64,000 nucleotides of DNA from Octopus sinensis (lineage: Eukaryota), in NCBI RefSeq assembly GCF_006345805.1, contig NC_043004.1, positions 56,668,001 to 56,732,000 on the forward strand. Direction: 5' to 3'. This document shows, piece by piece, positions 12,285 to 25,230 of the stretch. Under the pieces are notes generated by a model. The model made no database searches, had not been told where the DNA came from, and saw only the letters and a list, made by a program, of their open reading frames with translations. The translations under genes and the position numbers were made by a program. How positions within the stretch are numbered: position 1 is the stretch's first letter; the number at the start of each line of letters is the position of its first letter.

Positions 12285-12290
12285 GTAATA
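12040..12290. repeat. (TA)n microsatellite
   Basis: Direct sequence. Confidence 0.95.
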
Positions 12291-13299
12291 TTTGTATGTG
12301 TGTGTGCGGTGTACGTGTATGTGTACATATACATACATACCTGCACGGGCACACTTGGAGGCACATACATACATTCAAATACACCGGTATGTATATACCC
12401 GAATATGCCTGTGTATATGTGTGTACTACAAATATGAATCTGTTGTTAAGCGAGTATTTCCTGCGTTATTGAATTTTCTGTAATTTTGTATTAATTAAGA
12501 AAACAACTCTTTAATAAATTACACCTTTTTTCTCCGGACATATTTTTGTTTTTGTTTTCTTACAAATATGGCTTTCAGTCAAGAAACTGTCTACGGGCCT
12601 TTAATTACCGACATGAAATAGTTTGAAATACTGCAGTAAAATACGCAGATTCTAATACAATAAGGAGAAAAGAAAAAAACAGAATTGCAACAAACAACTC
12701 CATCATATTTTGCTATAACAACAGAAAGACTAAAAGCCAAGAATATCATTAAGAGTTACATAGAATCAAATAAACCATTTAAAAAATTTTTGCTCTCAAT
12801 GAAATTATACAATATTCTATCATATTAATCACAGATATACGGTGCTGCTTAGGAATTCGCCACAATGTCCGTAACCTTGATTAATGTTTTATGTCGTAGC
12901 GAATGTCCTGCTTCATATACGGTTATCTATTGTCAATCATATCTCCAAAATTCTATTCGTCACTCCGCTTAATATTACGACTTTGTTACATACAGTTGGC
13001 AGGTAATCGGAATATATATTTTCTGCTACGTGGACAGCGGAGGTTGTTGTTAGGATTTGAACTCAGAAACGCAAATATCTGGAACACATAAGACACGTTA
13101 TTACATGCGACAAATTTACATATGCGTCAGTCCTCTGCTCTGCAGTGGTGGTGTGATAATCGATCTTTAAAACATAAGAAATAAAGCTCTCCTCAGCGGC
13201 ACATAAACTTAAATAAACTTAGATATGTTTCGACCAAAGATTGGTCCAGGCCATGTCTAACTTAATAGCACCACCTGATAGGATTATTCGAATCCTGTT

Positions 13300-13510
13300 T
13301 AAGTCAAGTTTTGTTTATGGTCCATTCAAGTAGTGAGTTCTTGTTGGGTGAGTTGTATCCAATTATGGGTGGCTTATCTGGTATTCTTTGATGGAATCTA
13401 TCCAGACTCCGTTTAAAGTTGATGGGATCCTTTTCCTCTTTGATCTCTTTCGGGACAATGTTAAATAGGGCAGGGCCTGTTGAGGAAAAGAAATTATGTT
13501 GCAGTGTACA
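13300..13510 (-). mobile_element. CR1-type LINE ORF2 extreme C-terminal fragment
   Basis: FFSSTGPALFNIVPKEIKE..NFKRSLDRFHQRIPDKPPIIGYNS..NSLLEW resembles the invertebrate CR1-like ORF2 terminal motif (GP.LFN.LP..FK..LD.F..IPD.P..GY..NSL). Confidence 0.7.
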
Positions 13511-13944
13511 TGTAATATTCAGATTAGAGGGACAAGAAACGCTAAGCATTCTAACCACCGCTTTATCACCACTGCTAACTTGTCGCAAGATACTGTCACT
13601 TCATAAAAATTCGTATCAATTGTAATTTATTTGTTACAATAACACATGAAAGACATGGAAGTCTTAAAATTCATAGATATAAAATTGTGAAAATTTGTTC
13701 TTATGCGAACAATCGAACTCTTACATAATAGTTCAAATCCCGATCTATCCAATATAAACTAATAGTTTAATTTATATATATCCATACCATACATTAAAAA
13801 AAAACCCAACGAAATTGTAACGAAAGCGAAACATATTTTGAAAGCTAAATACATAGATATACACGCATACACACGCACACATACGTGTATGTATGTATGT
13901 ATGTATGTATGTATGTATGTATGTATGTATGTATATACATATGT

Positions 13945-14246
13945 GGAGGCGCAATGGCCCAGTAGTTAGGGCAGCGGACTCGCGGTCGTAGGATTGCGGT
14001 TTCGATTCCCAGACCGGGCGTTGTGAGTGTTTATTGAGCGAAAACACCTAAAGCTCCACGAGGCTCCAGCAGTGGGTGGTGGCGATCCCTGCTGTACTCT
14101 TTCGTCACAACTTTCTCCCACTCTTTCTTCTGTTGGCCTGCTCGCTTAGCCAGCGGGGTGGCATCACTTGAAGGCTAAAACAATGCGAAGCGCATTGTGA
14201 CCAGCGATGTGTAACAATATCTGTTAGTCTGGTCGGTCACGGTGAT
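13945..14246 (+). mobile_element. SINE family C, full length, tRNA-derived head
   Basis: Pol III A box (TGGCCCAGTGG/TAGTTAGG) and B box (GGTTTCGATTCCC); matches 56850-57105 in reverse. Confidence 0.9.
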
Positions 14247-14255
14247 ATATATATA

Positions 14256-14286
<31 letters not shown>

Positions 14287-14302
14287 CATATATAATATAT
14301 TA

Positions 14303-14440
14303 TACGATGGGCTTCTTTCGGATTCCGTCTACCAAATCCACTCAAAAAGGTTTGGTCGGTCCGGGGCTATAGTGGAAGGCACTTGCGCAAGTTGCCCGGA
14401 AACAAGTGCTTGGGAAGCAAGCTTTTTACCATACAGCCAC
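14303..14440 (-). mobile_element. SINE family A, diverged 5' fragment
   Basis: gggcttctttc..ccgtctaccaaatccactca..ggggctatag..cacttg..caag matches family A. Confidence 0.7.
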
Positions 14441-14452
14441 GTTTGCGTCTAT

Positions 14453-14483
<31 letters not shown>

Positions 14484-17400
14484 ATGTGTATGTGTGTGTG
14501 TGTGTGTGTGTGTATTTCTGTGATCGAATATTCCTGTACAATGTTTTCGTACGGAGGTGGATACTAGGAATACAAGCGTTGATGCGGCATGATGCAGTTG
14601 CATACAACAACTGAGGGCGACATAATTGTAACCTTTGAATTGCAGCTGACATTGATTGTTGTAAAGGAAAAATTTAGAGAGACATATTGTTGTCACCCCA
14701 GTGAGTGTATTGTTGTTATTGTTTAACCACAGATCAACGATCAAACAGATTTCCTTCATAAAATTCCAGCTTTCACTTGTAATTTGCATATCTAGGTTAC
14801 ATTATCCAATTGTTACCTAAGCTATAGAGGTTGATGAATGTCTGGCTTCTGTCTGTAGACGGTCGAGTAGCCACTTTGATGTTCCTCAGCGTTTCGGACT
14901 GCAGCTTTGCAGGACGATGAAAAATTATAGATTTTTGTACTGAATGAAACACCTAATATATGTGTGGACGTAGGTAGCAAATGTAGCAAAAGCATTAGCA
15001 CATCAGATAAAATAACTGGTGGTATCCTTTCTAGTTCTTTACGCGTCATTTTGAAATCCCACCTTAAGGCCGACTTTGCCTTTCTTCCAAATGGGATCCA
15101 TGAAGTAGAGCAGCAGTCAAATACTAGTACAAATCTCTGAAGTGATAAACTGGACATATTTCCCGTGTGATGGTGCATTTTATATGATACACATTCCCAA
15201 TGTTCTCCATTTACTAGAGTAATTTATATTACTCAAAACGCATGGAGTCAGTTATAGCAAGATATATAAAAACTTGCATGAGAGTTAAGACAACATTATG
15301 TAAACACTTTGGGCAGGCAAAGGCTTGATCGAGACACCACGAAATCCCTCACATTGTGCATATATTAGAGACAATTATAAGACTTGGATTATACTACAAA
15401 GACGATATCAGTTTGCTTCGATTTTTACACATACGACTAGAGTATAATGAAGTTTCGATTTGAAGTTAAACTGATTGAAGCTGGCTTAATGCTTATTACC
15501 TAATATAAATTGAAATGGCTCAATATTTAATCTAACAAAAATTTACAAATTTAATGTATTGTAATAACATTTAAAGATTTTAGCCGAGTCCACTCTTTCG
15601 TATAAATTATAGAAGTCTCTGTTCAGAAAAATATACCTTTCCTTCCTCCAAGCACTCCCTTAGTTCGTCAAAACGACCTCAGGCATGCACAGAATCTCCT
15701 GAAACAACTATAAAGCAAATTTAGGAAACAAAAGTCTATATGGTTGTATAATTAGGATTCAACCTTCTATATTCAATCATCGAATATGTTCGTACGACTT
15801 GAGCATGTTTTGATTGTATGAAATATGAAACTATTATTACTTACCGTGTTTAACACGCGAGGTTCTTATAAATCGATAACATATGATTTATTTATGTGCA
15901 AAAATCATCAATGTATAACCGCGCGCACACAAACACACACGCACACACACACAGACGCACAGACATACGCACATATATGTATAAAACAATACATGAATAT
16001 ATGTATGTACACACACAAATACTCAAGTATGCATACACAGACACACATATATTTGTGTATATATATATATATATACATATCATAGATGTATATCCTGTTT
16101 AGATGTAGTTTTACTTACTGTTCTAGCAATTCCGTGCAACACAGTTTCAGTTATCGATTGCCCCAGGCAAAACAAAAAAAAAAAAAGAAAAGAAAAGAAA
16201 AAAAACGAAGAAAATGAAAGAAAAGAAAATTGGCAAGATTAAGAAATAATAGGTGCTCGTACTTAAACACCCGAACAAAACTGGCGGCTAAATAATGATA
16301 TATTAGCAGGTGTCAAATAGGTAAGACAGCAGCTTAACATTAAAATCACGTACAATTATGTCATATAAATGGCCCATGCATATACACCTGTGGAAGTGTG
16401 TGTGAGTTTACGTTTTGTTTAAAATCTCGCACACACATTTATGCAGACGCACACACACACACACGTGGCAAAGCACACACATATAACGACGTGAAAACAA
16501 AATCTTTTGCATCGAATCATATGTAAAGAAATGTAAGGGTACTCCCTTGTCTTTTTGTCTCCATTTCTCACTATTTTTTCTCACCCTCTCTCTCTCTGCA
16601 TATACATCCATATACACATATAACCTCATAGTATCAGTTATGTGTGCATACGTATGTTATATATGTGTGGTTTATTTACAGTTGGATTGTTATTGCCCGC
16701 GGCTAGGACTGAATTATTCATACACGTTCAACGAACACATTTTATACATAGGAGCATTAAGGTCGTTTGATACTTAGGCATTATATTAATGAACATCGAG
16801 TTTCTGGAGATGTAAGGTATCATCGCTCAGGTATCTCTATTATGCAATCGCCATTTACTAACTTTCACTTTGAATTCTGTGGTAAACCCGAGGTTATTAT
16901 CGAACGACTGATATGCAATCGATTGGGAAGGAAGACAGAATCAGTCAGCTGGAAAAGAAAATTTGTAACTACGCAACCATACCTGTATCTCCATAACTTA
17001 ACGAATTGCTAGAGTCGTTTGAGCATCCCATAAAATGCATCGCGATAATAGGTCCGAATTTCTGCGCTCTAGGGTTGCATTCCGCATATTTCAACGTCAC
17101 CATTTATTACTTGGACGATAAGAAAAATAGCCAAAATAAGAGGGGGAAAAAATTACCAATATACAATGTTGGGTTGACAGAAATAAAAGAAAGCTATACT
17201 GTAATTGTGACTCTTGGGTTCTGCGTTCAAATCACTTCATAACCTACGTATGTAATAAATTTAATCTCTCGCCAGGTTTAACACAACCTCATGGCGATGG
17301 TGTTCTACAAGCAGAATCCAACCCCGATGTAAGCATTTACTCTGTTTTCGTTTGAGGACAGTTGTACCCCCACCAGATCAAAGACACTGTCAACAGTCAG

Positions 17401-18914
17401 TTTACTACGCTTCCTGAGTAGAAGGAAATATATTCTATTAATTCAGTACATGTATATCAATATATCAATAATGGAATATGTATAGGCTTGACTGATGAGA
17501 ACTTATATACCCAAACTACTAAGTATAGTAGTTTGGATTTCTAAATACTTAGTTTCATCTCGATATTCTGTCAGTATGACCGCCATTTTCATCATGATAA
17601 AGCTGATAACATAATTGTGTATCCTTCATTTGTATTTATAGATTTTTCTGTGTGATAATGATATTTATCAGTTCTTTAAAAAGTTATTTTTTACAAGGAA
17701 AATGCATAATTCTATAAGAGTTTCTCGTATGATATATTTTTTATTTTACTCATTTATTAAATAAACAATTCTAAAGAATTAATATGTGATCGATTCCAAG
17801 TGGAGTTGAACTGAAGCTCATTAGGTTAATCGATGTTGACTGGGTTTTTACCGCGTTTGCCAATTTGCCGATATTTATGAATCTGCTGACGATATTAATT
17901 TTTACTTCAAAACGTGAGGCATATTTGCCTTTCATCCTCTTGGGTTTCATAAAATACTAATAAAATTATAAATAATGGCTACATGGGGTCGATCTAATCG
18001 ACTGTAACCTCCCTCAAAATTTACGTCCTTCTAGCCATGCATGTAATCGATATTAGTTTTTACAAAATCACACAGGCAACACAATGAATTCAAAGAGAAA
18101 ACTAAATGAGCACAGAAGTAAAGGAAGCTAAGCGGAGACATTTTAGCGTCTCGAGATTATCCTTACATGTAGGCTACAGGTAAGATATCGTACATTACCA
18201 ATGAAAACTAGAATGCTATTTAAAATAAACCTTTTTTCCAGGTCGATAGTATTTTAGTCGACTTTAATTTGCTTGTCAGTCAAGTTTCACTGATTTATCC
18301 TTATGAATGGATAGACAAAATTAACACAAAATGTCGATAAGTTGATATCTTAACTAATCATGCAAATGAGATATCTTGCGTTTTGCGGCATTATACGGTA
18401 CATCTGAAATCAACAAATTAGTAATGAATTTATCGATCAGTATACAATTTATAAAATACTTTTACAGCTAAGATATATATTAAAATACTTGTATGCAGTA
18501 TTTTAAGGTATGTCTGTACTTGGACACCTGATCATCGAATACGTATTTTTCTATGGCAGAACTGTGCATTATTAATGCTCAAAAATGTTGAATAATCTTG
18601 TATATTTAGCCATCGATAGCAAACACTGCTCCCGTGTACAGAATCAAGACACCCTATTTTCAAGGGTTCGGTTGGTAATCATGAGATTTATAGCCTTACA
18701 GGAAATGCAATGTTCAATTAAGTGGTAAGCACCATGTCCTGAGAAGAGCGGGTAGCTAATTCTATATTCTTAGATATTACTCTGAAAGGTTCCATATACA
18801 CTGGCTACTAGGAAGAGCAAAATTAAATCTCTAAATCCGTAGAATTATATATTTCTATGTTGTTAAGTTTTATTGTAAACACATATACATGTACTATTGA
18901 TATACAAATGGCAG

Positions 18915-19085
18915 TTTCAAATTTTGGCACAGGACTAACAATTCCGTGTCAGGTATTAGTGCATTACATTGAGGCCAGTGCTCAAATGGTACCTATTTTA
19001 TCGAACCTGAAAGGTAAAATCGACCTCGGCACAGTCTGAACTCAGAACGCAAAGACAGCTAATGCTGAAAAGCATTTTCTCCTAA
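18915..19085 (-). mobile_element. SINE family B copy (diverged)
   Basis: tcgaacctgaaaggtaaaatcgacctcggcacagtctgaactcagaacg matches family B in reverse. Confidence 0.65.
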
Positions 19086-21024
19086 ATATTCAACTAACTT
19101 GTCGCCTTATTTTAATATACAAATATTATCTAATTAAATATGCACTGAGACAAATATATTTTCAGAAAAGAAGAGATGGATGAGAGAAAAAGAATTTGTA
19201 CCTCTATCACACATACAAGTGAATAATATTTAAATGCATTTCTAGGGGCATTAAGTCAACTGGGATATGCGACAGTTAGACAAAATTCCCTGAATATATT
19301 TGTATTAATGCTTAAATATTAATTTCAAATTTTGGCAAAAAGCCAGAAATTTCGAGAAGGTTGAATAAGTCTATTACATCCACCTGTAATCAACTGATAA
19401 ATATTCTATCGATCTCGAGAGGATGAAAGTCAACGTCGACCGAGAACGCTGCCTTTGAATGTTTAAATATTAATCCTGTAACAATACTCTAATGATATGT
19501 TAATTTCGGCGTGAGGAAAATGAGAGAAAGCCATTTAAAGGGTGATTTTAATCTTTGCTACTTCATTGCATAAGGTTCAAATATCGTTGAAATTCACTAG
19601 AAATCCCATCCTTTGAAACAAACAGCAAGATAATGAATATAAAGAGTGTAACGGTGTTTGAATCGTCTAACGACGTTGCCAGTGTTTGCGTTACCAATAT
19701 TGGATATCAGAAAGAAAGGGGATGAAACATCAAAGGCTTGAATATTTATTGTATGTCTCAGTTTCTGACAGTAACGGTAGAATAATATATTTCTTTTTTC
19801 ATAAATATCACAAAACAAAACAAAACATTCTATAAGAAAATGGAGTAAAATGTTAACTCCAACGTTAAGATTTACCGAAATGAAATGTTTTGGAGGAAAT
19901 TCTATATTGCTCGGAAAAAAGAAAGTATAGATAACAAAATTAATTAATTAGGAAGAGATCTAAAATTACTTATAAAGCAAACTGCCACAAAAGCCTTTTA
20001 TCGAAAACACTGATGTACACACTGTAAACTAAACTGTTTAACTTACTAATGTTTTGGAAATCAAAGACTTCTAAATTATCAAAGTCGTTGGTGAGTTTAA
20101 TCAGCCTGTTCTTATGGCTGCACCAGCAGTAATGAATCGCTTGAGACTCATAATCTCACAAAGCAACGCATCAATGTGCCACTTTACAAAATGGTTCTTT
20201 GTGCGCTCAAGTGATAAATACTAGATCGATAACAGTGAAATATTTTCGTAGCTTCCCACGGGCCTTGCCTCTGTCAAGCTTATGTTTCTCGGTATGTTGA
20301 AATTACGAGTCCAAAATGGTGACAATGTTTCCAAAATTTCTCTCACAGCCTTATGCACCCCTGTCTTATACTAAGACTTAAAACTAAGAAAAAAATTTTT
20401 TTATTAAAGACTAAAAGCATATATAATTCATACATACATATGTATATAATTATACACATACATATATGGATACACATACATATATGGATACACATACATG
20501 TATATTATATATTATACATTATATATATAAATATAAGTACTATTTTATATATATGAATATATGTATACATCATATATATACACATATGTATATGTATGTA
20601 TACACGTACATAGACACACACACATATATTATACATTATATATATATAATCCTCAACTTGTTTCATTCATTAGAGTACGGCTATGGTGGGGCAGCGCTTT
20701 GAAGAAGTTTTAGACGAATAAATCCGCTCCAGTTCTTATTGTTTTTTTTTTAATCCTGGTACTTATTTAATCAGAATCTTTTTGACGAGCCGCTAGCTTA
20801 CACCGATGGAAACATGCCTACACTTGTTGCCAAGCATTAATTGGAAGAAACACACATCGGATTGGGAGAAACATACACACACATACACCCACCCACCCAC
20901 ACCCATACACATTGTTTAATTTGTGAATTAAATTTACAGTTGGTTTCATCTTTGTGTTTTAACAAATTTTTAAGCCGGTTATATGGAGAAAGGTGTTCAT
21001 CTCTAGTTTGGAAAGCACAAACGA

Positions 21025-21261
21025 AATTATTTACATTATTTACATTTGACGGATATTTGCCATCTTGCTTATTATTTAATAGAATGTTTCGGTTGATATA
21101 CTCTCCAGCCTTCATCCGGTGTCTTGGGAAAATTACGAACCTTGGTTCTCATTTCCCCAAGGCACTTGATTAAGGTTGGAGAGTATATCAACCGAAATGT
21201 TATGTTAACAACAAACAAGATAAAGACAAATATCCGTCAAATGTAAATAATGTAAATAATT
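21025..21261. mobile_element. Fold-back (inverted duplicate) PLE-like element with two degenerate hammerheads
   Basis: Arms of ~110 bp (21025-21133 / 21151-21261) are imperfect reverse complements. Each has GACAC/GGCAC-(CTGATGA-like)-A-GG(C/T)TG..CAACC-GAAA. ACAAACGAAA occurs at 21017-21026 and 21287-21296. Confidence 0.7.
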
Positions 21262-21352
21262 CCTCATCTCTTAAATATAGAACTGTACAAACGAAAGTAT
21301 ATATTCACCAATGCGGGTTTGAGCATTTATTCTTATCGTTCGACATTTACGT

Positions 21353-21360
21353 ATATATAT

Positions 21361-21427
<67 letters not shown>
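21353..21427. repeat. (TA)n tract, left flank of the tandem array
   Basis: Direct sequence. Confidence 0.95.
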
Positions 21428-21603
21428 CTAAGCAATAAGGGTTTAGCAACGAGTTGCCTTACCACATACCGAATTTAGAAATAGCAGTCAAAGGGTTATA
21501 GCTATTTCTTCTACTAAAAAGGGAGATCTCAGTAAAAACAGCATTTGGAAGGCACAAACAGGTAAGAGAGAATGAATTGACTGCAATCTATCATACATTT
21601 TTT

Positions 21604-21728
21604 TAGTTATCCACGGACGTACGTTTCGAAATCAAGTTTTAAGGAAAGCATACGAATTAAATATTAATATCAAATAATAAATAATTCTATCTTACCGAAA
21701 CTTCTTTTCTCTTCAGCGTAGAATACTA
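21604..21728 (-). ncRNA. Type I hammerhead ribozyme, array copy 1
   Basis: Reverse complement of the 24397-24522 fold; C17 at 21616. Confidence 0.88.
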
Positions 21729-22205
21729 TAATCATAAATGATTATATATTGAATTTTGAGATACCAGAAGGCACCAACTCCACTCAGTATCAGAGCGAGC
21801 TAGAACCCGCAACTGGTATCACCGAATTCAATTTGTGAATGAAACGATTGTGTCAACAGCCCCTTCCCACCCGCGTGTAGCCAAAACAAGATGCTGTGGT
21901 CATCTACTGAGATAAAATATGGTTATCCGTAATAATGAAGGGTGAAATTAATTAATTTGGAAAAATTATCAATTACACCAAGTAGTCTTCGGCATGTAAA
22001 AGCCTCATTCGAGGAAAATTTAAGTAATACTAAGCAATAAGGGTTTAGCAACGAGTTGCCTTACCACATACCGAATTTAGAAATAGCAGTCAAAGGGTTA
22101 TAGCTATTTCTTCTACTAAAAAGGGAGATCTCAGTAAAAACAGCATTTGGAAGGCACAAACAGGTAAGAGAGAATGAATTGACTGCAATCTATCATACAT
22201 TTTTT

Positions 22206-22329
22206 TAGTTATCCACGGACGTACGTTTCGAAATCAAGTTTTAAGGAAAGCATACGAATTAAATATTAAATATCAAATAATAAATAATTCTATCTTACCG
22301 AAACTTCTTTTCTTCAGCGTAGAATACTA
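22206..22329 (-). ncRNA. Type I hammerhead ribozyme, array copy 2 (2-nt deletion at the base of stem II)
   Basis: Plus strand cttcttttcttcagcg versus cttcttttctcttcagcg in the other copies; C17 at 22218. Confidence 0.7.
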
Positions 22330-22805
22330 TAATCATAAATGATTATATATTGAATTTTGAGATACCAGAAGGCACCAACTCCACTCAGTATCAGAGCGAG
22401 CTAGAACCCGCAACTGGTATCACCGAATTCAATTTGTGAATGAAACGATTGTGTCAACAGCCCCTTCCCACCCGCGTGTAGCCAAAACAAGATGCTGTGG
22501 TCATCTACTGAGATAAAATATGGTTATCCGTAATAATGAAGGGTGAAATTAATAATTTGGAAAAATTATCAATTACACCAAGTAGTCTTCGGCATGTAAA
22601 AGCCTCATTCGAGGAAAATTTAAGTAATACTAAGCAATAAGGGTTTAGCAACGAGTTGCCTTACCACATACCGAATTTAGAAATAGCAGTCAAAGGGTTA
22701 TAGCTATTTCTTCTACTAAAAAGGGAGATCTCAGTAAAAACAGCATTTGGAAGGCACAAACAGGTAAGAGAGAATGAATTGACTGCAATCTATCATACAT
22801 TTTTT

Positions 22806-22931
22806 TAGTTATCCACGGACGTACGTTTCGAAATCAAGTTTTAAGGAAAGCATACGAATTAAATATTAAATATCAAATAATAAATAATTCTATCTTACCG
22901 AAACTTCTTTTCTCTTCAGCGTAGAATACTA
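22806..22931 (-). ncRNA. Type I hammerhead ribozyme, array copy 3
   Basis: Intact core and stems; C17 at 22818. Confidence 0.88.
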
Positions 22932-23406
22932 TAATCATAAATGATTATATATTGAATTTTGAGATACCAGAAGGCACCAACTCCACTCAGTATCAGAGCG
23001 AGCTAGAACCCGCAACTGGTATCACGAATTCAATTTGTGAATGAAACGATTGTGTCAACAGCCCCTTCCCACCCGCGTGTAGCCAAAACAAGATGCTGTG
23101 GTCATCTACTGAGATAAAATATGGTTATCCGTAATAATGAAGGGTGAAATTAATTAATTTGGAAAAATTATCAATTACACCAAGTAGTCTTCGGCATGTA
23201 AAAGCCTCATTCGAGGAAAATTTAAGTAATACTAAGCAATAAGGTTTAGCAACGAGTTGCCTTACCACATACCGAATTTAGAAATAGCAGTCAAAGGGTT
23301 ATAGCTATTTCTTCTACTAAAAAGGGAGATCTCAGTAAAAACAGCATTTGGAAGGCACAAACAGGTAAGAGAGAATGAATTGACTGCAATCTATCATACA
23401 TTTTTT

Positions 23407-23532
23407 TAGTTATCCACGGACGTACGTTTCGAAATCAAGTTATAAGGAAAGCATACGAATTAAATATTAAATATCAAATAATAAATAATTCTATCTTACC
23501 GAAACTTCTTTTCTCTTCAGCGTAGAATACTA
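23407..23532 (-). ncRNA. Type I hammerhead ribozyme, array copy 4
   Basis: Intact core; one substitution at the distal end of stem II; C17 at 23419. Confidence 0.88.
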
Positions 23533-24008
23533 TAATCATAAATGATTATATATTGAATTTTGAGATACCAGAAGGCACCAACTCCACTCAGTATCAGAGC
23601 GAGCTAGAACCCGCAACTGGTATCACCGAATTCAATTTGTGAATGAAACGATTGTGTCAACAGCCCCTTCCCACCCGCGTGTAGCCAAAACAAGGTGCTG
23701 TGGTCATCTACTGAGATAAAATATGGTTATCCGTAATAATGAAGGGTGAAATTATTAATTTGGAAAAATTATCAATTACACCAAGTAGTCTTCGGCATGT
23801 AAAAGCCTCATTCGAGGAAAATTTAAGTAATACTAAGCAATAAGGGTTTAGCAACGAGTTGCCTTACCACATACCGAATTTAGAAATAGCAGTCAAAGGG
23901 TTATAGCTATTTCTTCTACTAAAAAGGGAGATCTCAGTAAAAACAGCATTTGGAAGGCACAAACAGGTAAGAGAGAATGAATTGACTGCAATCTATCATA
24001 CATTTTTT

Positions 24009-24134
24009 TAGTTATCCACGGACGTACGTTTCGAAATCAAGTTTTAAGGAAAGCATACGAATTAAATATTAAATATCAAATAATAAATAATTCTATCTTA
24101 CCGAAACTTCTTTTCTCTTCAGCGTAGAATACTA
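24009..24134 (-). ncRNA. Type I hammerhead ribozyme, array copy 5
   Basis: Intact core and stems; C17 at 24021. Confidence 0.88.
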
Positions 24135-24278
24135 TAATCATAAATGATTATATATTGAATTTTGAGATACCAGAAGGCACCAACTCCACTCAGTATCAGA
24201 GCGAGCTAGAACCCGCAACTGGTATCACCGAATTCAATTGTGAATGAAACGATTGTGTCAACAGCCCCTTCCCACCCG

Positions 24279-24796
24279 CGTTTCATTCACAAATTGAATT
24301 CGGTGATACCAGTTGCGGGTTCTAGCTCGCTCTGATACTGAGTGGAGTTGGTGCCTTCTGGTATCTCAAAATTCAATATATAATCATTTATGATTATAGT
24401 ATTCTACGCTGAAGAGAAAAGAAGTTTCGGTAAGATAGAATTATTTATTATTTGATATTTAATATTTAATTCGTATGCTTTCCTTAAAACTTGATTTCGA
24501 AACGTACGTCCGTGGATAACTAAAAAAATGTATGATAGATTGCAGTCAATTCATTCTCTCTTACCTGTTTGTGCCTTCCAAATGCTGTTTTTACTGAGAT
24601 CTCCCTTTTTAGTAGAAGAAATAGCTATAACCCTTTGACTGCTATTTCTAATTCGGTATGTGGTAAGGCAACTCGTTGCTAAACCCTTATTGCTTAGTAT
24701 TACTTAAATTTTCCTCGAATGAGGCTTTTACATGCCGAAGACTACTTGGTGTAATTGATAATTTTTCCAAATTAATTAATTTCACCCTTCATTATT

Positions 24797-24803
<7 letters not shown>
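24279..24803 (+). repeat. Inverted ~525-bp copy of the array unit (fold-back)
   Basis: From cgtttcattcac onward the sequence is the reverse complement of the unit, crosses a unit junction (gcttagta, ~24692) and ends at ttattacggata in (TA)n. Confidence 0.97.
24397..24522 (+). ncRNA. Type I hammerhead ribozyme in the inverted copy
   Basis: Stem I TAGT-AT-TCTACG / CGTGGA-TA-ACTA; core CTGAAGA at 24409-24415; stem II GAAA-AG-AAGTTT / AAACTT-GA-TTTC closing a ~59-nt loop; GAAA at 24499-24502; stem III AC-GTAC-GT; GUC cleavage after C24510. Confidence 0.9.

Positions 24804-25230
<427 letters not shown>

Larger units (their letters stand above)
21426..24280 (-). repeat. Tandem array of a ~601-bp non-coding unit (4 full copies + 450-bp partial), retrozyme-like
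   Basis: Unit starts TACTAAGCAATAAGG at 21426, 22028, 22628, 23230 and 23831; copies differ only by a few indels and substitutions; no ORF in the unit; one HHR per unit on the minus strand. Confidence 0.97.

Noticed and set aside
13218-13262. GACCA..TGGTC-GAAAC with TTAGA/TCTAA pairing
   Set aside because: The 5' core (CATGGCCT) is unlike CUGANGA or its covariants.
13945-14020. SINE heads as functional tRNA genes
   Set aside because: A and B boxes are present but the acceptor stem is not closed, and they run into SINE bodies repeated in the window.
14868-14905. CTGAGGA and GAAAC on the minus strand
   Set aside because: Order and spacing are incompatible with any HHR topology.
21426-24280. 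Array as a CRISPR array, rDNA or coding repeat
   Set aside because: No spacers, no rRNA similarity recognised, and no ORF in the unit.
24712-24750. Second HHR-like motif within the 601-bp unit (CGAATGA-GGC..GCC-GAAG)
   Set aside because: G5 and A15.1 equivalents are wrong and no stem I or III could be built; at most a fossil.
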